Below are positions 38,301-50,760 of a stretch of DNA of 64,000 nt, in pieces. The first letter of the stretch is position 1, and every line of letters begins with the position of its first letter. Source of the DNA: Tubiluchus corallicola (taxonomy: Eukaryota > Animalia > Priapulida); the NCBI GenBank assembly GCA_030141605.1, contig JAQGDQ010000519.1, positions 62,001-126,000 on the forward strand, given 5' to 3'. The position numbers and the translations under genes were made by a program. Below the pieces are notes generated by a model, which worked only from the letters and a program-made list of their open reading frames with translations, made no database searches and was not told the origin of the DNA.

Positions 38301-41300
38301 TAGTCTCTGTTAGGTAAAAAGGCCAAGGGTACGACTTCATGTGTACGTAATGCATGATCCGTAATGCGTATACAGTAGTTTGTATTTAAACATGTAGGAG
38401 TGTTTCCATGTGTACGTAATGCGTAATCCGTAAAGCGTGTTCCATATTCATTTGAGCGTGACTGCTATCATCATCAACAATACGCAGACGGGAAATTGCC
38501 GTTGCCTAGGTGATCATAGCGAGTTTTCAAGTTTCTGGCAACCATTTTCCCTGTTTAGCTTTCCGAAAATTCTAGTTAGGAGAATTCTAGTCAGTTCAGG
38601 ACCAATAAAAATAAATCTTTTTTCTATTCGAGTTTTTAACAGTTGGAAGATGCATGTAGTTTTGTGTTGTGCAGTTGTTTCACCAAATGATGATATCTGC
38701 CATATTGTTCTCTCCCCTGTAAAATGTTGTGCACCCAAAACCTGTGCTTTCTTTTTCGTCTAATAGTACAATAATAAGCTAATGTCGCAGCTGTAATTAT
38801 CAAGCTTAAATTTCGACAGAGACATTTTGGTTTCCAAAAATTATTGCTTGCAGTTTTCATGAACGGTGATCAAAAATGCCGGAAAGAGCGCCATGGGTTC
38901 CGTTAGTACGCGTTTGTCTACGGACACATGGAACCAGTCAATACGCAACACAGATCAAGTATTATGCACACATGGAGTCCTAACTTAACTCAACTACATG
39001 CAAATTATCTCAAATGGTCTTTAGAAGATGGCCTGCAAATCAAATCAATGATTTTTGTTATCATACAAAGAACCACGGGTAAAACATTTTGTACATGAAA
39101 CCGCTCAGTGCTGAATAAATGAATTTTGATTGTAAGTAAAGCAAAATAGTTTCCATAATTCATATATATTTTATATATATAGTAATATATATCGTAATCA
39201 TATATATAGCAATTTTATAGCTATGAATATCGATTTTTTATGGCAAATAAAGATTATTATATATATATATATATATATATTAATTTATCGTGCAAGTAAG
39301 AAATCCCATGCCAGTGTAAAAGACATATTGCTTGTGTGAAAGTAATTTTACTCAGTTTTATTTCAGTTCACCATAGCAAACTTTGGCAACCGTATCAGTA
39401 ACAACACACAATAGGCTCAGGTGACATTAATGCTGCAACATTACCACCATTAACACTACTGCTGCAACATGCAATGATAAACAAGTGAGCTTCTTCGGCC
39501 AGACACTGAAAGACAAAGAGTTAAAAGAACTTACCTTCTTAAGCGGAGGCTGAATTTCATCATCGTCATCTTCGTCATCGACATCTCTCCTCTGTATAGT
39601 AACATTCAGCGTTTTTGGTGGTCCTTGCTGTTTGGCCAGGCCGTCAGTCTGTGATAAATGCAAAATAATTATATCTACAAAATAGTAGAAATTTTATCGA
39701 TGTTTAAAGCAATATGGAAAAATGTTAATTGAAATATTTTCATATTGCTAAGTAGCTAAGAAATTTTATAATTAACAATATGTCGTAGAAATTAATGATT
39801 TAAAAATATGTTTATATGTTCATATAATAACTCTCATGCTTTTACAAGTAAGCCATGCAAAAATGTAATGATCATGTACTAACCAGTATTATAAACTGGT
39901 TTATAACTTCGACGATCAAAAAGATCAGTGCAAAGTATAAAATCAGTCTCATTATAAAAATTTTTGCCTATAACACTAGTCAGCATTGTTTTCTAAATAA
40001 ATGATACATTTATTGCAACAGCATGTGAGGATCTTTTCTGTGCAGTGAGTGTTAAACTGCCGTAAAAGTCACATCTTCGCCCAATTTAGACAACAGTACA
40101 AATAAAAACAAAAATTTAACGCAGAGAAAAACACATTCTCACCTTTTGCTGATAACAGTTTATGGCGTACTCGTTTTGAATGAATCTGATGAAGAGGTGC
40201 AAAGATGTAGTAAATTAATATGGAATAATAAACCTTTAACCCTTTCACTACGGGAGGTGACACACTGCCACCTATCTTTTTCATGCAAGGGATGGAAGGC
40301 GGTACACTGCCGCCCAAGCTCAGCACTAAGCTCAGTCGCCCAGGTCTGTTTTTTTCACCACTACAACCATGCATAACATTATAGAAAATGTTAACAGCCG
40401 TGGGATTGGGGTTGCTTCGCAACAAGTAACGCTAACCAGCCAATCAGCATCTGAAGTCAGGTGCATTCCACAATATACTGTATGGTATGTTCTCACACAA
40501 AATCACTTGTAGATCGTTGATGAAACGTATGTTTAGTTGATTGTTCTGCATTCTTATAAAATGATTACATATTATGGATTAGTATCATCTTTTGTAAAAA
40601 CTGGTTTATAAATCAAAGTACATGCTTATTTACGACGGTGTCAATGTGTGCGTGAGTGTGTGTATGTATGCTCGTGTGTGTGCATGTGCAGAAATAAAAC
40701 TGATACTTAATATTAGTACTCAATAACGAACAACTATTTGTTTATTTACAAGATTCTGTTTTAGTAACACGCCACAAGAAGCTATTGTCAAATGTGCAAA
40801 AGTCAATGTGGTCCAGTAGTGAAAGGGTTAACATATATTAGATTTTTGCACATCTAGTTTGTTTACAAATTAAAATTGATGTGTTGCTCAGCAACTTCTT
40901 ATCTGATAGTCACCATAAGAAACTAGAGTCCTTGGACACCAGCGCTGAGATGGTTTTAATATAAAAATTCTATAATATTCGCTATGGTAGCAAATGGTTA
41001 TTTAAAGTGTTACCAATCCAATAGTCATATGCTTGCAAAATTAATAGTTTTAAATGCTAAATTTCAAAATAACATTAATAAAAAAACATATTTTTACTGC
41101 AGAAAAGTGATAGGTGCTAAATAACTTGTTTAAATAGCTGACAATAATATATCATAAAGAGTCAGTACTAATATGATTTATATGGCCTGAGATAATACAG
41201 GCACTGTGATTTATAATGCCATACTGTACTAACATGACACATGCGATGTGAAATAACATGTGGGATTATGATTTACGCGGTGAGCAACAAATAAACATTC

Positions 41301-44300
41301 TAAATGTCGTCTCATGATCTTTCATGCGCTAGCCCGAAAGTTTATAAAAGTTGGTTCTTCTTTTCTGAATATGATAAAAGTAAAACAAAAATAAACTATA
41401 GAGTACAGAGCCAAATATGAGTGGAAGCTGTGCTTGTTTACAACCAGATGTGAGAAGAATATCTGACTTGTCACAACTGAGCTAAGCAAACGAAGTCATG
41501 CAACACAAAGCCTGGTCAGTAAGTGGTTGGTGACTGCCAATCAAATGCTTTCTTGGCAGTTTTATCCACAATACCACCCCTGGCTAGTTACTTTTTGAGG
41601 AAAGACATATTATTATACACAAACAAAACTGACTAACACGCTGCTACAAATTTGCCTTTAATGTAAATTTTTTCTGGCGTAATGTGCCACCACCTGAGCT
41701 TGATGGTTTTCAGTCCTGGCTTAAATGCCTGGAAAGATGTGACAGCTATAAGCACCGACCCCAAATGTTTATTTTGCATTTGTCAATAGAAACATGGTTA
41801 AGAAACGCAAATCAGAACATGACATAATGTTCAGTTCGAAGTTATTTAAAAAAAGAATAAATTGCTTTAACTGTATTATGCTCAATGTGTAACCTTACAT
41901 GTCGTAAATTTTATATCAAGGAGCAAATTTACCATTTTTTCTATTTAGCTAAAAAATCTGCCTGTCGCCATTTTTTCAGTGTGGAGCGAATCCTATAATG
42001 TTATTCAGCGATTTGACATTACGTAGCATATATATATTTTTCCTGAATCACTTATTTACGCTTTTTTGCCTAACCCGTACTTTAACAGTAAATGACTCAT
42101 TCATGTCAAATGCATAAAAACTCCAGCTGATTATTATTATATAATATATATAATTATTTTGTTATACATTTTGCTGTTAACCAACCAGTTTGCTGCTGGC
42201 AGAAGCTGTTTCAAAGCCAAGTTTTTAATCTGACCAGCATTCATTTCTCAAAAACATATATAGCCCAAGTAAGTATAATGAACTGGTACCGTATTTTCCC
42301 GTGTATAAGAGACCCTTGTGTATAAGAGACCCCTTCAATTTTTAGGCAAAAATTCTGGAAAAAAGTTTTTTCAGACGGACATTTTTAGAGGGTAGAGTAC
42401 AACTTTTTTCAACTCAGTGCGGTACTGAAAACAAAATAAAACCAGTTAATGTGTTGTAGAAAAAGAGTACTGTTATATATTAAAGTGCGTACCTGCAAAC
42501 CTGTAACAGGAAAAGAGAAAACGAGGAGATAATGCCTGTGTCACGATGCTTGTATTGCTTACAACCGCTTCATAGTCGAACGCGACACGCAAAACAGTTG
42601 TAGAGCACTTATTTCTTTAAAATCATTAGTGTCACAATTTATGCATCTTATTGAAAAGACTTACTCCCATGTATAAGAGACCCCCTATTTTTAAAGTGAA
42701 AATTCTGAGCAAAAAAGGGTCTCTTATACACGGGAAAATACGGTAATTTTAAATCAATTCAAATTTATTTATTCCTGACATAAAAAACAAACACATCAGT
42801 TATACAAGCAAAGCATAAACCTGATTGGGAAGGGGTGGCGAAAAACGTGACATTACCGAATCAGCAACCCCACAGTAATTTCACACTTAACATAACACAA
42901 TACAGTCTATTGGATGCTTTTCATATATATTATAAAAATACAATATATTATATATATTTCTGAGTTGAAGCAAATTGGTAATAATACCAAACGACACTGT
43001 TTTTAAGAAGTCAGTACACCCATACTGCGTAGCTGATAAGTAATTATATCAATAACATATGAATACGACCTCGATGTCGAACTTTTTGTAAAATGTATTA
43101 AATTTTAAGTGCATATATTTTCTCAAACGTAACTGTATCTCCTCTATTTTCATTTTTTTACTTTTTTAAAGTAATTCATTCAGTGCATGAGTAAGCAGAA
43201 CGTTTCAAATTCAGCATGTGTCAGCGAAAATGTGATTAAAACTAATACATGAATGAAAACTTGTTGTGTTTTGGCTGTAAATTTATTCTTAGACAACCTT
43301 TGTTAATTTAAACTGCACTGTAAACATTACAATTTTGTGTAAGCATAGCCTCGCTAATTGCGTACATAGACTTGGTAAAGATAGAAGGTTTGGTTAACAC
43401 GGAGATGTAGCAAACATGGCAAGCTTAGTTTACCTGCCACCCAGGAGTAGTGAACAGATGCCTTCTCCCTGTCCTCGGGCAGTTTTCCGGAATTTCAGGG
43501 AAGACCGACGTTAAATTTGCGCTCTGGATATATCGCAAAACTTACTCACCTGATCAACGGGATCATCTGTCGGTTGCAGCACTTGAATTCGCATGTTTGA
43601 CAAGTCGGAGAGACTTATAGGAATCGTTGTGCCATCAGAGTTCTGAAGCAAAAACTTTGGTTGTTGATCGTCAATCCTTAAATGGCCGCCGTCCATACTA
43701 TCTATAGGTTGCAATATCTCTGCAGAGTTGGACGAAGTCAGTTCTGCAGCTTCAATCCTCGACTGAATTATGTTGTTCGTAACAAAAACCTCCACATGAC
43801 TTTGACCATTTGGTGGCACATCTGTGCTGACTGTGTTACCTGAATTGACAAAATTTATTTAGATAATTTATGTAGCATTATGCCTAATACAGAGATGCCA
43901 CTGTATCCTTGACAATTAAACTTGCACAACTTTGCTGATTGCACTGCTTGAAAATAAAACAAGCCTGGTATGAAAATATAGACATCAGGCTAAATATAAG
44001 TCCAGTAGTTTAATCTACAGAGGCAGGAAAAAAGAGCAAGAAAGACACAGAAAGAGATATGACAGAGAGAACAATTAAGTTTTCATGCTTTCCTGACTAT
44101 AGCCATAGCAGTAATCTAGCACAGAGAGAGATGACAGAGAGAACAATTAAGTTTCCATGCTTTTCTGACAATAGCCATAGCAGTAATCTAGCAGAGAGAG
44201 ATATGACAGAGAGAACAATTAAGTTTCCATGCTTTTCTGACAATAGCCATAGCAGTAATCTAGCAGAGAAAGATATGACAGAGAGAACAATTAAGTTTTC

Positions 44301-45930
44301 ATGCTTTTCTGACAATAGCCATAGCAGTAATCTAGCACAATATTTAGCTTTTTCTCTATAGCTTTTAAACTTTTTACAAGTGAATGAAAATTTTCCTGCA
44401 GAGACACAAAGTGCATGTGAAACCATTACACTTTCACATAAACCACAACAAGCAGTCATGATGTGTGAAGAGACAAACGAAGTCCTTAATTACCAGCACC
44501 AGAAACAGGTAAGAGCAGTTCACGCTGGCAGTCGTCATTCTGTTCAGCATCCTGCCTGTAGAGATCAGCATCAGTTGGAGCAGTTTCTTCTCCTTCAGGC
44601 ATAACCTAAAAGAAAATAGTACGAAAACAAACTTAGATGAGGCATAATTGCCTTAGTTCAGCCTTGGCAACGGAAGCTTGTTTAATTTTGGTAGAACATT
44701 TTATTTAGATTAGTTTGAAGAGCCATCTAAGATACAAATGACAAGTGGTTTCTTAATATTATACATATATATACAGCCAACCTCGGGTATAAGGTACTCA
44801 CCTATAAGCGGCACTCGCTTATAAAGGACCACCAACACCAGTCCCGACTTTTTGTAACAATTTTCCTATGTAAAAATCTTCGTATATAAGGTACTCGCAT
44901 ATTAGGGTTATAAGGGACAATATCTTCAGGTCCCGCATAATAGAAACCCAGGTAAATTACCTCGCATATAAGGGACCCTATGATCAAAGCGAAATTGATT
45001 GATTTTTAACCTCAATCTTTTTGCAAACTCGGCCTTCAAACAGCTTGGTTTCCGCAGTCACATACATCTCGCATCACCGAAGAAGCTTCCTACACACCGC
45101 TTGCACTGAATGTGTAGCAATAATCCATAAAAATATGGATAAAAATACAGGTCTAGATACACACTCGGTCTGACTCAACTTCGGCTATAAGAGACGGTTT
45201 TTTCTGGTCCGGAGGTGTCCTTTATATCCGAGGTTGACTGTATATCACAAACGAATTTAATTCATGGTTAATTCTAATGCATGTTATTTAAAGTTAAATT
45301 GTCATAATATATGAATACATCACTGTTTAATGGTTTACAAACATTTTTCTTCTAATTTATTTATTTTAAAAATAAGCTGGAAACTTATCAGTTATGCACA
45401 ATTTGTTCATAAACAAAAACTTGATCGTGGACAAAATATATCAAAAACACGACTTTGTCAAAGACATTTAAAAAACCAAAGGCTTGACTGTTGACCAAGT
45501 GAATAAGTGTAAACAAAATTATCTATATCCCTGAACACAGAAATGATAAATAATTTAATGTTCTGTTTAGTTCGATCAAAAAATTCATAAAATCCAAGCC
45601 AACGATAACAAATTTTCCTCAACACTGATAGCTAGCTTTTTAACAACATTGTTTACTTTTCATGAGGAAAATGGATAATGTAAACAAAGATAATTTAAAG
45701 AAGATGACTGATTTCCTTGTCAAATGTCAACAGCTGCTTCAATATGTGCAACGAACAGTTAGATAAAAGAAGGATATAAAAACATATAACAAATTGTCAA
45801 AATAAATTACCAATTGATACACATTTTCCCCTTCCACATAGACTAGTTTAGCATTGCTTAAAGCTTGCATGTTTGTTGAAAATGTATGCTGCGATGGGAC
45901 GGTTTCAGGTTCCGATGCTGCCACACTCAT
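19179..45930 (-). CDS. ZNF236: Zinc finger protein 236-like, about 1785 aa with about 29 C2H2 fingers. Coding exons: 45811-45930, 44494-44605, 43550-43839, 39535-39648, 32641-32934, 31483-31759, 19179-23329
   Basis: Clusters of C2H2 fingers with TGEKP linkers plus ZNF236-type motifs [21 protein letters not shown] and [14 protein letters not shown]. The GT-AG exons total 5358 nt in one frame. The first four exons are less conserved and rest mainly on splice sites and phase. Confidence 0.88.
23465..23897. mobile_element. hAT (Charlie-like) MITE, copy 1
   Basis: TIRs CAGGGGTGTGCAAA/TTTGCACACCCCTG, 8-bp TSD TATTGGAG/TATTAGAG, GGGCCGC subterminal repeats. Confidence 0.85.
24479..24908. mobile_element. 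MITE, probably hAT-type
   Basis: 25-bp TIRs CAGG(C/G)TGCATAAGATTATGGATATC, with CTATAG on both flanks. Confidence 0.7.
26577..28100 (-). CDS. Divergent ionotropic receptor (iGluR/IR family), single coding exon, nested on the same strand in ZNF236 intron 6
   Basis: 507-aa ORF with a hydrophobic N-terminal signal, S1 lobe with conserved Arg ([13 protein letters not shown]), M1 ([15 protein letters not shown]), pore loop (FLQKG), M3 ([11 protein letters not shown]...[11 protein letters not shown], a degenerate SYTANLAAF), S2 and a C-terminal TM. No amino-terminal domain. Confidence 0.9.
   Translation of the reverse strand: MQKMWLLIFYLYTCNVCTTFVKGSLTNNEVRHLAEQVMDNNKDMDNVVVEEKKINKDAKTRHEGTDSPCQSAVFTNVHCWHSSYLVPPAQELPGHIRAAYWIEDNFLPTSVEVLFLHELCDALNVTCSVHYFSLAEINYTAVAEAGMADVLITSLLWTPERAESLAFLFDGWFASSMFLVKRPSYNLSGSSLLSPFGLDLWLAFLLCSILVGCLLFLEERCTFNVERDGAPWSVWYYTSFTLASFLQKGGVYLPSNMTSRMLLAFWWLFVIIMTGFYTGLLVSFLTLRTPRFPFTSLEELLDSPITPVGLASWGTTEQFRKSRPGTIYGKLWEKMNLDDKALPPSPEEALDLVDSGSYAFTSVSFDLEMLMMRDFQEHGRCRFSLAPFSYSEHHFTWTVPIGSPYQHLLQNGINLMYESGLGGKLMTDYYYENDCQCLFPSVDVMATQVLHLVDLKPAFIILIGGIFCAAACICFEHLYSKYEKSRSSLHSDTELEMNERNCQDVST
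29577..30086 (-). mobile_element. 5S rRNA-derived SINE (SINE3), copy 2, slightly truncated at both ends
   Basis: The reverse complement matches copy 1. The 5S head at 29982-30086 lacks about the first 15 nt. Confidence 0.88.
30485..30973 (+). mobile_element. Solo LTR, second copy of the family
   Basis: Colinear with 15337-15725, TG...CA ends, AATAAA near 30879, internal short repeat expansion and no clean TSD. Confidence 0.78.
32072..32567. mobile_element. hAT (Charlie-like) MITE, copy 2
   Basis: Same family as 23465-23897, with perfect 8-bp TSD TACTACAG. Confidence 0.88.
33108..33390. repeat. Inverted repeat with about 90-bp arms, probable MITE remnant
   Basis: 33108-33196 is reverse-complementary to 33301-33390. 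Confidence 0.75.
34106..34658 (-). mobile_element. 5S rRNA-derived SINE (SINE3), copy 3, with (CAA)n tail
   Basis: Full 120-nt 5S head, the same body as copies 1 and 2, and a 3' end GATGCC(AAC)n. Confidence 0.9.
34539..34658 (-). pseudogene. Full-length 5S rRNA-like sequence forming the SINE head
   Basis: GTCTACGGCCAAATCATGTTGAAAACACCGGTTCTCGTCTGATCACCGAAGTTAAGCAACG...GGATGGGTGACTGCCTAGGAATACCTGGTGCTGTAGGCTT. Box A and box C are present, but only TT follows, so there is no Pol III terminator. Confidence 0.85.
37422..37826 (+). CDS. Stand-alone TAZ2-type zinc-finger mini-protein (134 aa from the first ATG), antisense in ZNF236 intron 4
   Basis: [48 protein letters not shown] aligns with the recalled CBP/p300 TAZ2 domain, and all three HCCC zinc sites are intact. 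AATAAA lies right after the stop. There is a candidate 5'UTR intron at about 37243-37392. Confidence 0.8.
   Translation: METNTTSGAETEGDRYTTFIQRCISSLEHACECQDSNCPVTNCIKVKIVVIHARICQQDREKCAACSHLMTLCSYHAKQCQLMQCSVPFCHNYRQSFGDHKEASFTVESSSKMAQGIPDRERGTNFMNLKLANL
38326..38985 (-). mobile_element. PIF/Harbinger deletion derivative retaining a transposase N-terminal fragment
   Basis: Imperfect TIRs (GGTACGACTTCATGTGTAC / GCACACATGGAGTCCTAAC). The minus-strand peptide [30 protein letters not shown] is typical of Harbinger transposase N-termini. Confidence 0.7.
40240..40827. mobile_element. piggyBac-type MITE
   Basis: TTAA|CCCTTTCACTAC ... GTAGTGAAAGGG|TTAA. Confidence 0.82.
42289..42743. mobile_element. 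Tc1/mariner (pogo/Tigger-like) MITE
   Basis: Perfect 27-bp TIRs CCGTATTTTCCCGTGTATAAGAGACCC flanked by TA, with internal repeats of the TATAAGAGACCC motif. Confidence 0.88.
44052..44338. repeat. Minisatellite, 72-bp unit, 4 copies
   Basis: Unit AGAGATATGACAGAGAGAACAATTAAG...CAGTAATCTAGCA repeated. Confidence 0.95.
44774..45240. mobile_element. Tc1/mariner (pogo/Tigger-like) MITE, second family
   Basis: TA|CAGCCAACCTCGGGTATAAGG ... CCTTTATATCCGAGGTTGACTG|TA, with repeated TATAAGG motifs. Confidence 0.8.
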
Positions 45931-46233
45931 CTCCTAATCAAATAAAATGAAAATAAACTTGTGAATTTTAACTACCAAATCTGTTATATCTACTTAACAT
46001 ATACAGCAAAGTAAACATAGCTGCTGAACAGGAGCAATTCGTCCTTTTTCTACGGGAGAAGGAAGACAATGTGAGCCACGATAATGTTTCATCAGGGAAA
46101 AAATGATTAGGTCTACATGTCAAAAATATATATGAATGATAATTAGAATAGCAAACAGAGTAGCAGCCAGTGGCTATACAAACTGTAAGTTTCAAAAAGC
46201 ACTTTCTATAATGTGATTTTTAACAATCACGAA

Positions 46234-47106
46234 CTGTGCTGGGTAGTAATGCGTTACTGTAATCAGATCACTTTTCATAGCAACGAGTAATGTAATGCTA
46301 TTACTCTGCTTAGCCTTGTAATCAGATTATTCGTTACTTTCACAGTAACGCTATTAAATCTGCGTTACTTATCTATCCAAAAAAAACCACTTAGGCCATT
46401 TCGGTCACTTAGCCACCTTGCTTTTGTTTATCTCTACTACACAACGTCTGTATGCATACCGTGGTTTATTACTTTGCTCAAATAATAACCTTATTTGACA
46501 TTCAGACCAACTGCATCATAAAAACTTCTACAGCTGTAGCTGTTTTACACTCTCAACACTTGGTCACATTCAAGTTGCACACATTGTAAAACAACGTAGC
46601 TCAGTAAAGCCACATGCCTCGTAAAGCAACACGGTTTAACACTGTAGTGTGTGCAGTCAATACATATTTTAGCGTTATACAATGGATGGGGGCGACAAAG
46701 TTCAAGCTTCGTCGTCAGCCCAGCAAGCAGAAACTTTTTGCAAGTGGCAATATAGCGAATATTTTAATTTTGTAAATGCAGAAAAACTAATTTAACAGTG
46801 CGGTGCACCTTGTGTGCGGGGAAAAACTGTCATCTGCACCAAAAAAACTCAATACATGTAGCAGTGAAAATGTAACGTAAATTAACTTGATGGCATATTT
46901 ATGCATATTGCAGGAGCAATGCTCCAATTTCACTAAAGTCAAACTGAAGCTCATTTTTCGCCGAAGTAGCATGCAAAAGTAATGAGTAAACCGTAAGGGG
47001 TTACCCTTGCTGAAAGTAATCAGTGATAAGCAATTTGACTACAATTTTTCTGAAGTAATTAGTAATCATGACAAATTACTTTTCAAAAGTAACAAGTCCA
47101 ACACTG
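46234..47106 (+). mobile_element. hAT deletion derivative with a decayed BED zinc-finger fragment
   Basis: CTGTGCTGGG...TCCAACACTG ends and GTAAT/GTTAC subterminal repeats. Frameshifted peptide FCKWQYSEYFNF / NLTVRCTLCAG at about 46680-46850. Confidence 0.65.
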
Positions 47107-47879
47107 CTTATGAATATTAAATACAACTAATAAATAGGCCTACTGGTTTCACTGTTTACCTGAAAAACCACACATCTCACACAAAACTGACAAATGCTTA
47201 CACGTTTACGCAAACATAAACAGGTAACCACCAATATGTTAAAAAATTAAATTTGTCACTACTGCTCAGTATTAATTCTCACTTTTCAATCACTTTAAAC
47301 AAAATGATCAAACTTTCAGGCACGTACAGACGCTCAAAGGTTCATCCATACGAGACGCAGTTAACAAGTACAATGACACAAACTTAATTTCGAGTTCTAG
47401 TCTTGATCAAAAATCAAAATATAGAGAAATGCCACAGAATTCAGACTATTCACTGGACAGGGTACGAATATCACAAGTGATAAAATTTTGCTTGTGCTAA
47501 TGACAACAAGATCACAGATGGGCTCCTCAACTATTTTGAGAAATAAATGTTGTCTTTCCTTTGTCTTTCTAAAATTAGTAATGTGAACTGTAACTGTAAT
47601 CGTAACATTATGTACTCATGGATTTTGCCAATGATAAAATTAATGAATACCGAACTTTTGCATTTTTCCAATAGGTGTGTTCAGGTGCCACATGAATTAT
47701 AATAAGTAATCGCGAATTACAATAGCAAAACAAATCATAGTATGTAAAAGACACCTACTTGATACTGTTTGTAAATAGTACTTGGTACCAAATTTACAAT
47801 AGCCATTATTAATGTTTAAAATATTTGTACTTAAACATCGGCCTAATCTGATTTAACATTATGCTGGGTGCTACTGCTC

Positions 47880-48270
47880 AATTCTAATCTTACAAGGCCG
47901 CCATTTCATAAAAAGGGGAAACTAATAATGAGCGTAAATAGTGTGTTTTAAGGCCTTCTATGGCGCTCCACTGAAAAATAACTGAAATAAACCAAGCTGA
48001 ATAAAGTTCAACATAGCTAAAATATACTGATACAAAAATGTTAAATTTAAGTCAATAAATGACAAATACGAAATTAAACGAACCGTGAAAGCTTATAGAA
48101 ACGTCTTGACAAATTCTAAAACATACAGAAACCAAAAATATATTAAATAAAATTTCGACCTAATTTTCGCAAAATGGCTGTTAGGCAGTGCGCAATGAAA
48201 TGGACAAAATACCCGGATGTCGTCAGAACTCGTTTCACTCACGTCTCATTCAGTTTGACGCACCGGAACA
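47880..48270. promoter_or_regulatory. Candidate bidirectional promoter between ZNF236 and RAD17
   Basis: Lies between divergent genes. Oppositely oriented YY1-like motifs (GCCGCCATTT near 47897, AAAATGGCTG near 48171) and ETS-like motifs (CCGGATGT, CCGGAA). Local CpG enrichment. Confidence 0.4.
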
Positions 48271-48730
48271 GATATTATTTATGTACCAGCATATTTATAT
48301 ACAAAAATGAAACGTGGGGTTTAACGATTACTCAAGAAAAACAGATTGACACATTTCGCAGAAGTCTTCTCAGGAAAGTTTTAAAGATAAGATGGCTATA
48401 CATTATCAAAAATGAAGATTTATACATCAGAACTTTTGAAATTTATTGGATTTCAAAAGTCTGATGATTAAGGTGGTTATGACATCTTCTAAGACTACCA
48501 AATGAAGCACCAGCAAGAACCGCCTTAAAGGAAGCGTTAAGGCCTTGCAAGAAACAAATTGGCAAACCAAAAACAATTTGAACAACTAAAATAAATAAAG
48601 ATGTTCAATAATTTCAACCAAATCCATTTTTAGGAGAAAAAGAACTTAAGCTGTTAGCTGCAGATAGAAGTGGATAGAATAATCTGGAAAATGTTGATAC
48701 CTCAATGCCTACAATAGGTGGTGATAATAG
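48270..48730 (+). pseudogene. RTE-like LINE ORF2 C-terminal remnant
   Basis: ETWGLT..EKQIDTFRRSLLRKVLKIRW...NEDLY, then RWL*HLLRLPNEAPARTAL, with stops and frameshifts. Confidence 0.75.
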
Positions 48731-48759
48731 CAGTGCTGGTAAAATAAGGCTAAGCAATT

Positions 48760-49424
48760 TAGGGTTGAACATCAAACGTTCGAATTCGATTCGAATGCGT
48801 TATTTTTATTGGAATTCGATTTGAACCTAAAATTAAGGATTCAAATAGCTTAGCACTTTACCACATACATTCTTTTTTCATTAAAACATTTTCATTAAAC
48901 ATCACACTATTAGTACAATTGGCGATTTTTGTGAACAGTTTTAAATTAATTATCAGTGGTTCTATAACAGAACAAAATCAAGGCTTATGCATGATCTTTA
49001 CAAAACCAATTTTTACTGAGGGTTCGAAAACTTGTTCGAAATTCTTTCAAACTCAATTCGAATTTGAAATATTGAAATTTAGTTTGACTCGAATTTGAAA
49101 GAGCCAAATTCGATTTGAGCTCGATTTCTGATGGAGAACGCTGACCCTTGGAACAAAGTTAAAGATTTTCGAACAAATTTTCGAAACCCTAGTAAAAATT
49201 GGTCTTACAAAGATCAAGCTTAGTACGTCATTTTGTTCTGATGTAAAACCACTATTAGTTTATTAAAACTTTTCCATAGAAACTGTAGCTAAATTGTGCT
49301 AATTGCATGCTGTTTTAAACATTTTAATGATAAAGAACATATGTGGCCGAAGTGCTGAATTATTCGAAACTATAATTTTAGATTTGAATCGAATTCCCTT
49401 CGAACATTCGATGCTCACTCCCTA
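48760..49424. mobile_element. hAT-like MITE with TTCGAA-rich subterminal repeats, internally inverted
   Basis: TAGGGTTGAACATC...GATGCTCACTCCCTA ends. The right half matches 60924-61312. Confidence 0.68.
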
Positions 49425-50199
49425 CAGGTAAAGGCAAGAATCAGAGCTTTGGAAATAAATGGTAATTGTCTATTTAGATGGTCACTGGATGAGTAGGACA
49501 GAATTTTTGGATGTGGCTTACAGCCAGAAACTTTGTAACATATTTTGTTACGTTGTATTTTTTATGAAAATTAAAAAGGAAAAGTTATTAATTTTGGTAA
49601 TGTGTTTCAGATAAGGAGCGTGTGAGTGGGTTACCGAAAATGAAAATAATGTAGGAGACTGACCATCATTGATCAGTGACATTTTCAACAGTAAATATAT
49701 ATTAACTGAATTTGAATTTGGTGAGTGGTCGCGTCAATATCTGTTTTGCTTTTCAAGGGTGCGTATTGCGTAGCTGAAGTCCGCGGGATAAATAAAAGTA
49801 AATTGGCTAGATAAGTGTTGAAGACAAGAAGTGAACATGAATGTGTTACAGGCTAAGTTAAAGTAAAATTATGCGTCTTTCTGACCGTATTTGTAATTTG
49901 AACTTGTTTCTTTATCAACTGTTAAAATTAATGCCAACTCACGTATATAAAGTTAAACAGTTTGTTGTCTTTCACAGGTTTTATAACCGTCGGGTAAAGT
50001 TTGTTGCTCAAATACGCAACTAGCAGTAACATTATATATATACATTGCCATTGGCAAGTACAGGATAAAAATACATAGATGTAAAGCTACAGGTTGCAGG
50101 TACATTATAAATAAACTGACATACTGCGGCTTTGTTTTACATGCTATTATGAGGATTAACTAAAAAACATATTAATCCATTAATCAAAGTGATTGCGAA

Positions 50200-50760
50200 T
50201 TTGGCTGTACCATAGTTACTTGATAGTAATATTGGATACTGTTATTAACCACAGGAGATTACAAAACTTACACGAATCTGGTGTGCTTCACACATGAATG
50301 CGAAAATTCTTAATATTCATGCGACTGCAAATAGAGCAGTTTCAAGTTTCACTGCTGTGAGTGATTAATTTGCTGACCATTGAGAAATATTACACAATAT
50401 TCGTTAACTTCATTACAATGAGTATTCACAGGAAAAACAGTCAACAGATCTATTTTAAGCTTTGTATTGATTCTCCTTTTGTGGATGACATAGTAGACAG
50501 ATCTATATGTGCAAGATTTTACGTGGACACATCAACATCAATTATGTAACTTTCTTCACTGTAATACGTACTTGCACTAGAGGTCATTCACTGAAACTTT
50601 ACAAGCATTGAGCCAACACTGAGCAATACAGGTGCAGCTCTTCAAATACCGAAATTGATCTATGGAATTCCCTACCGGAAGAAGTTATATTGCTTACAAA
50701 TGAATTGGAGTTTTAAAAATGCATTAGACAAATATTTATGCACTGGAGGTCTCCTATATT
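50200..50760 (+). pseudogene. CR1/L2-like LINE ORF2 C-terminal remnant
   Basis: Decayed TRGHSLKLYK...IDLWNSLPEEV motif at about 50575-50690. Confidence 0.6.
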
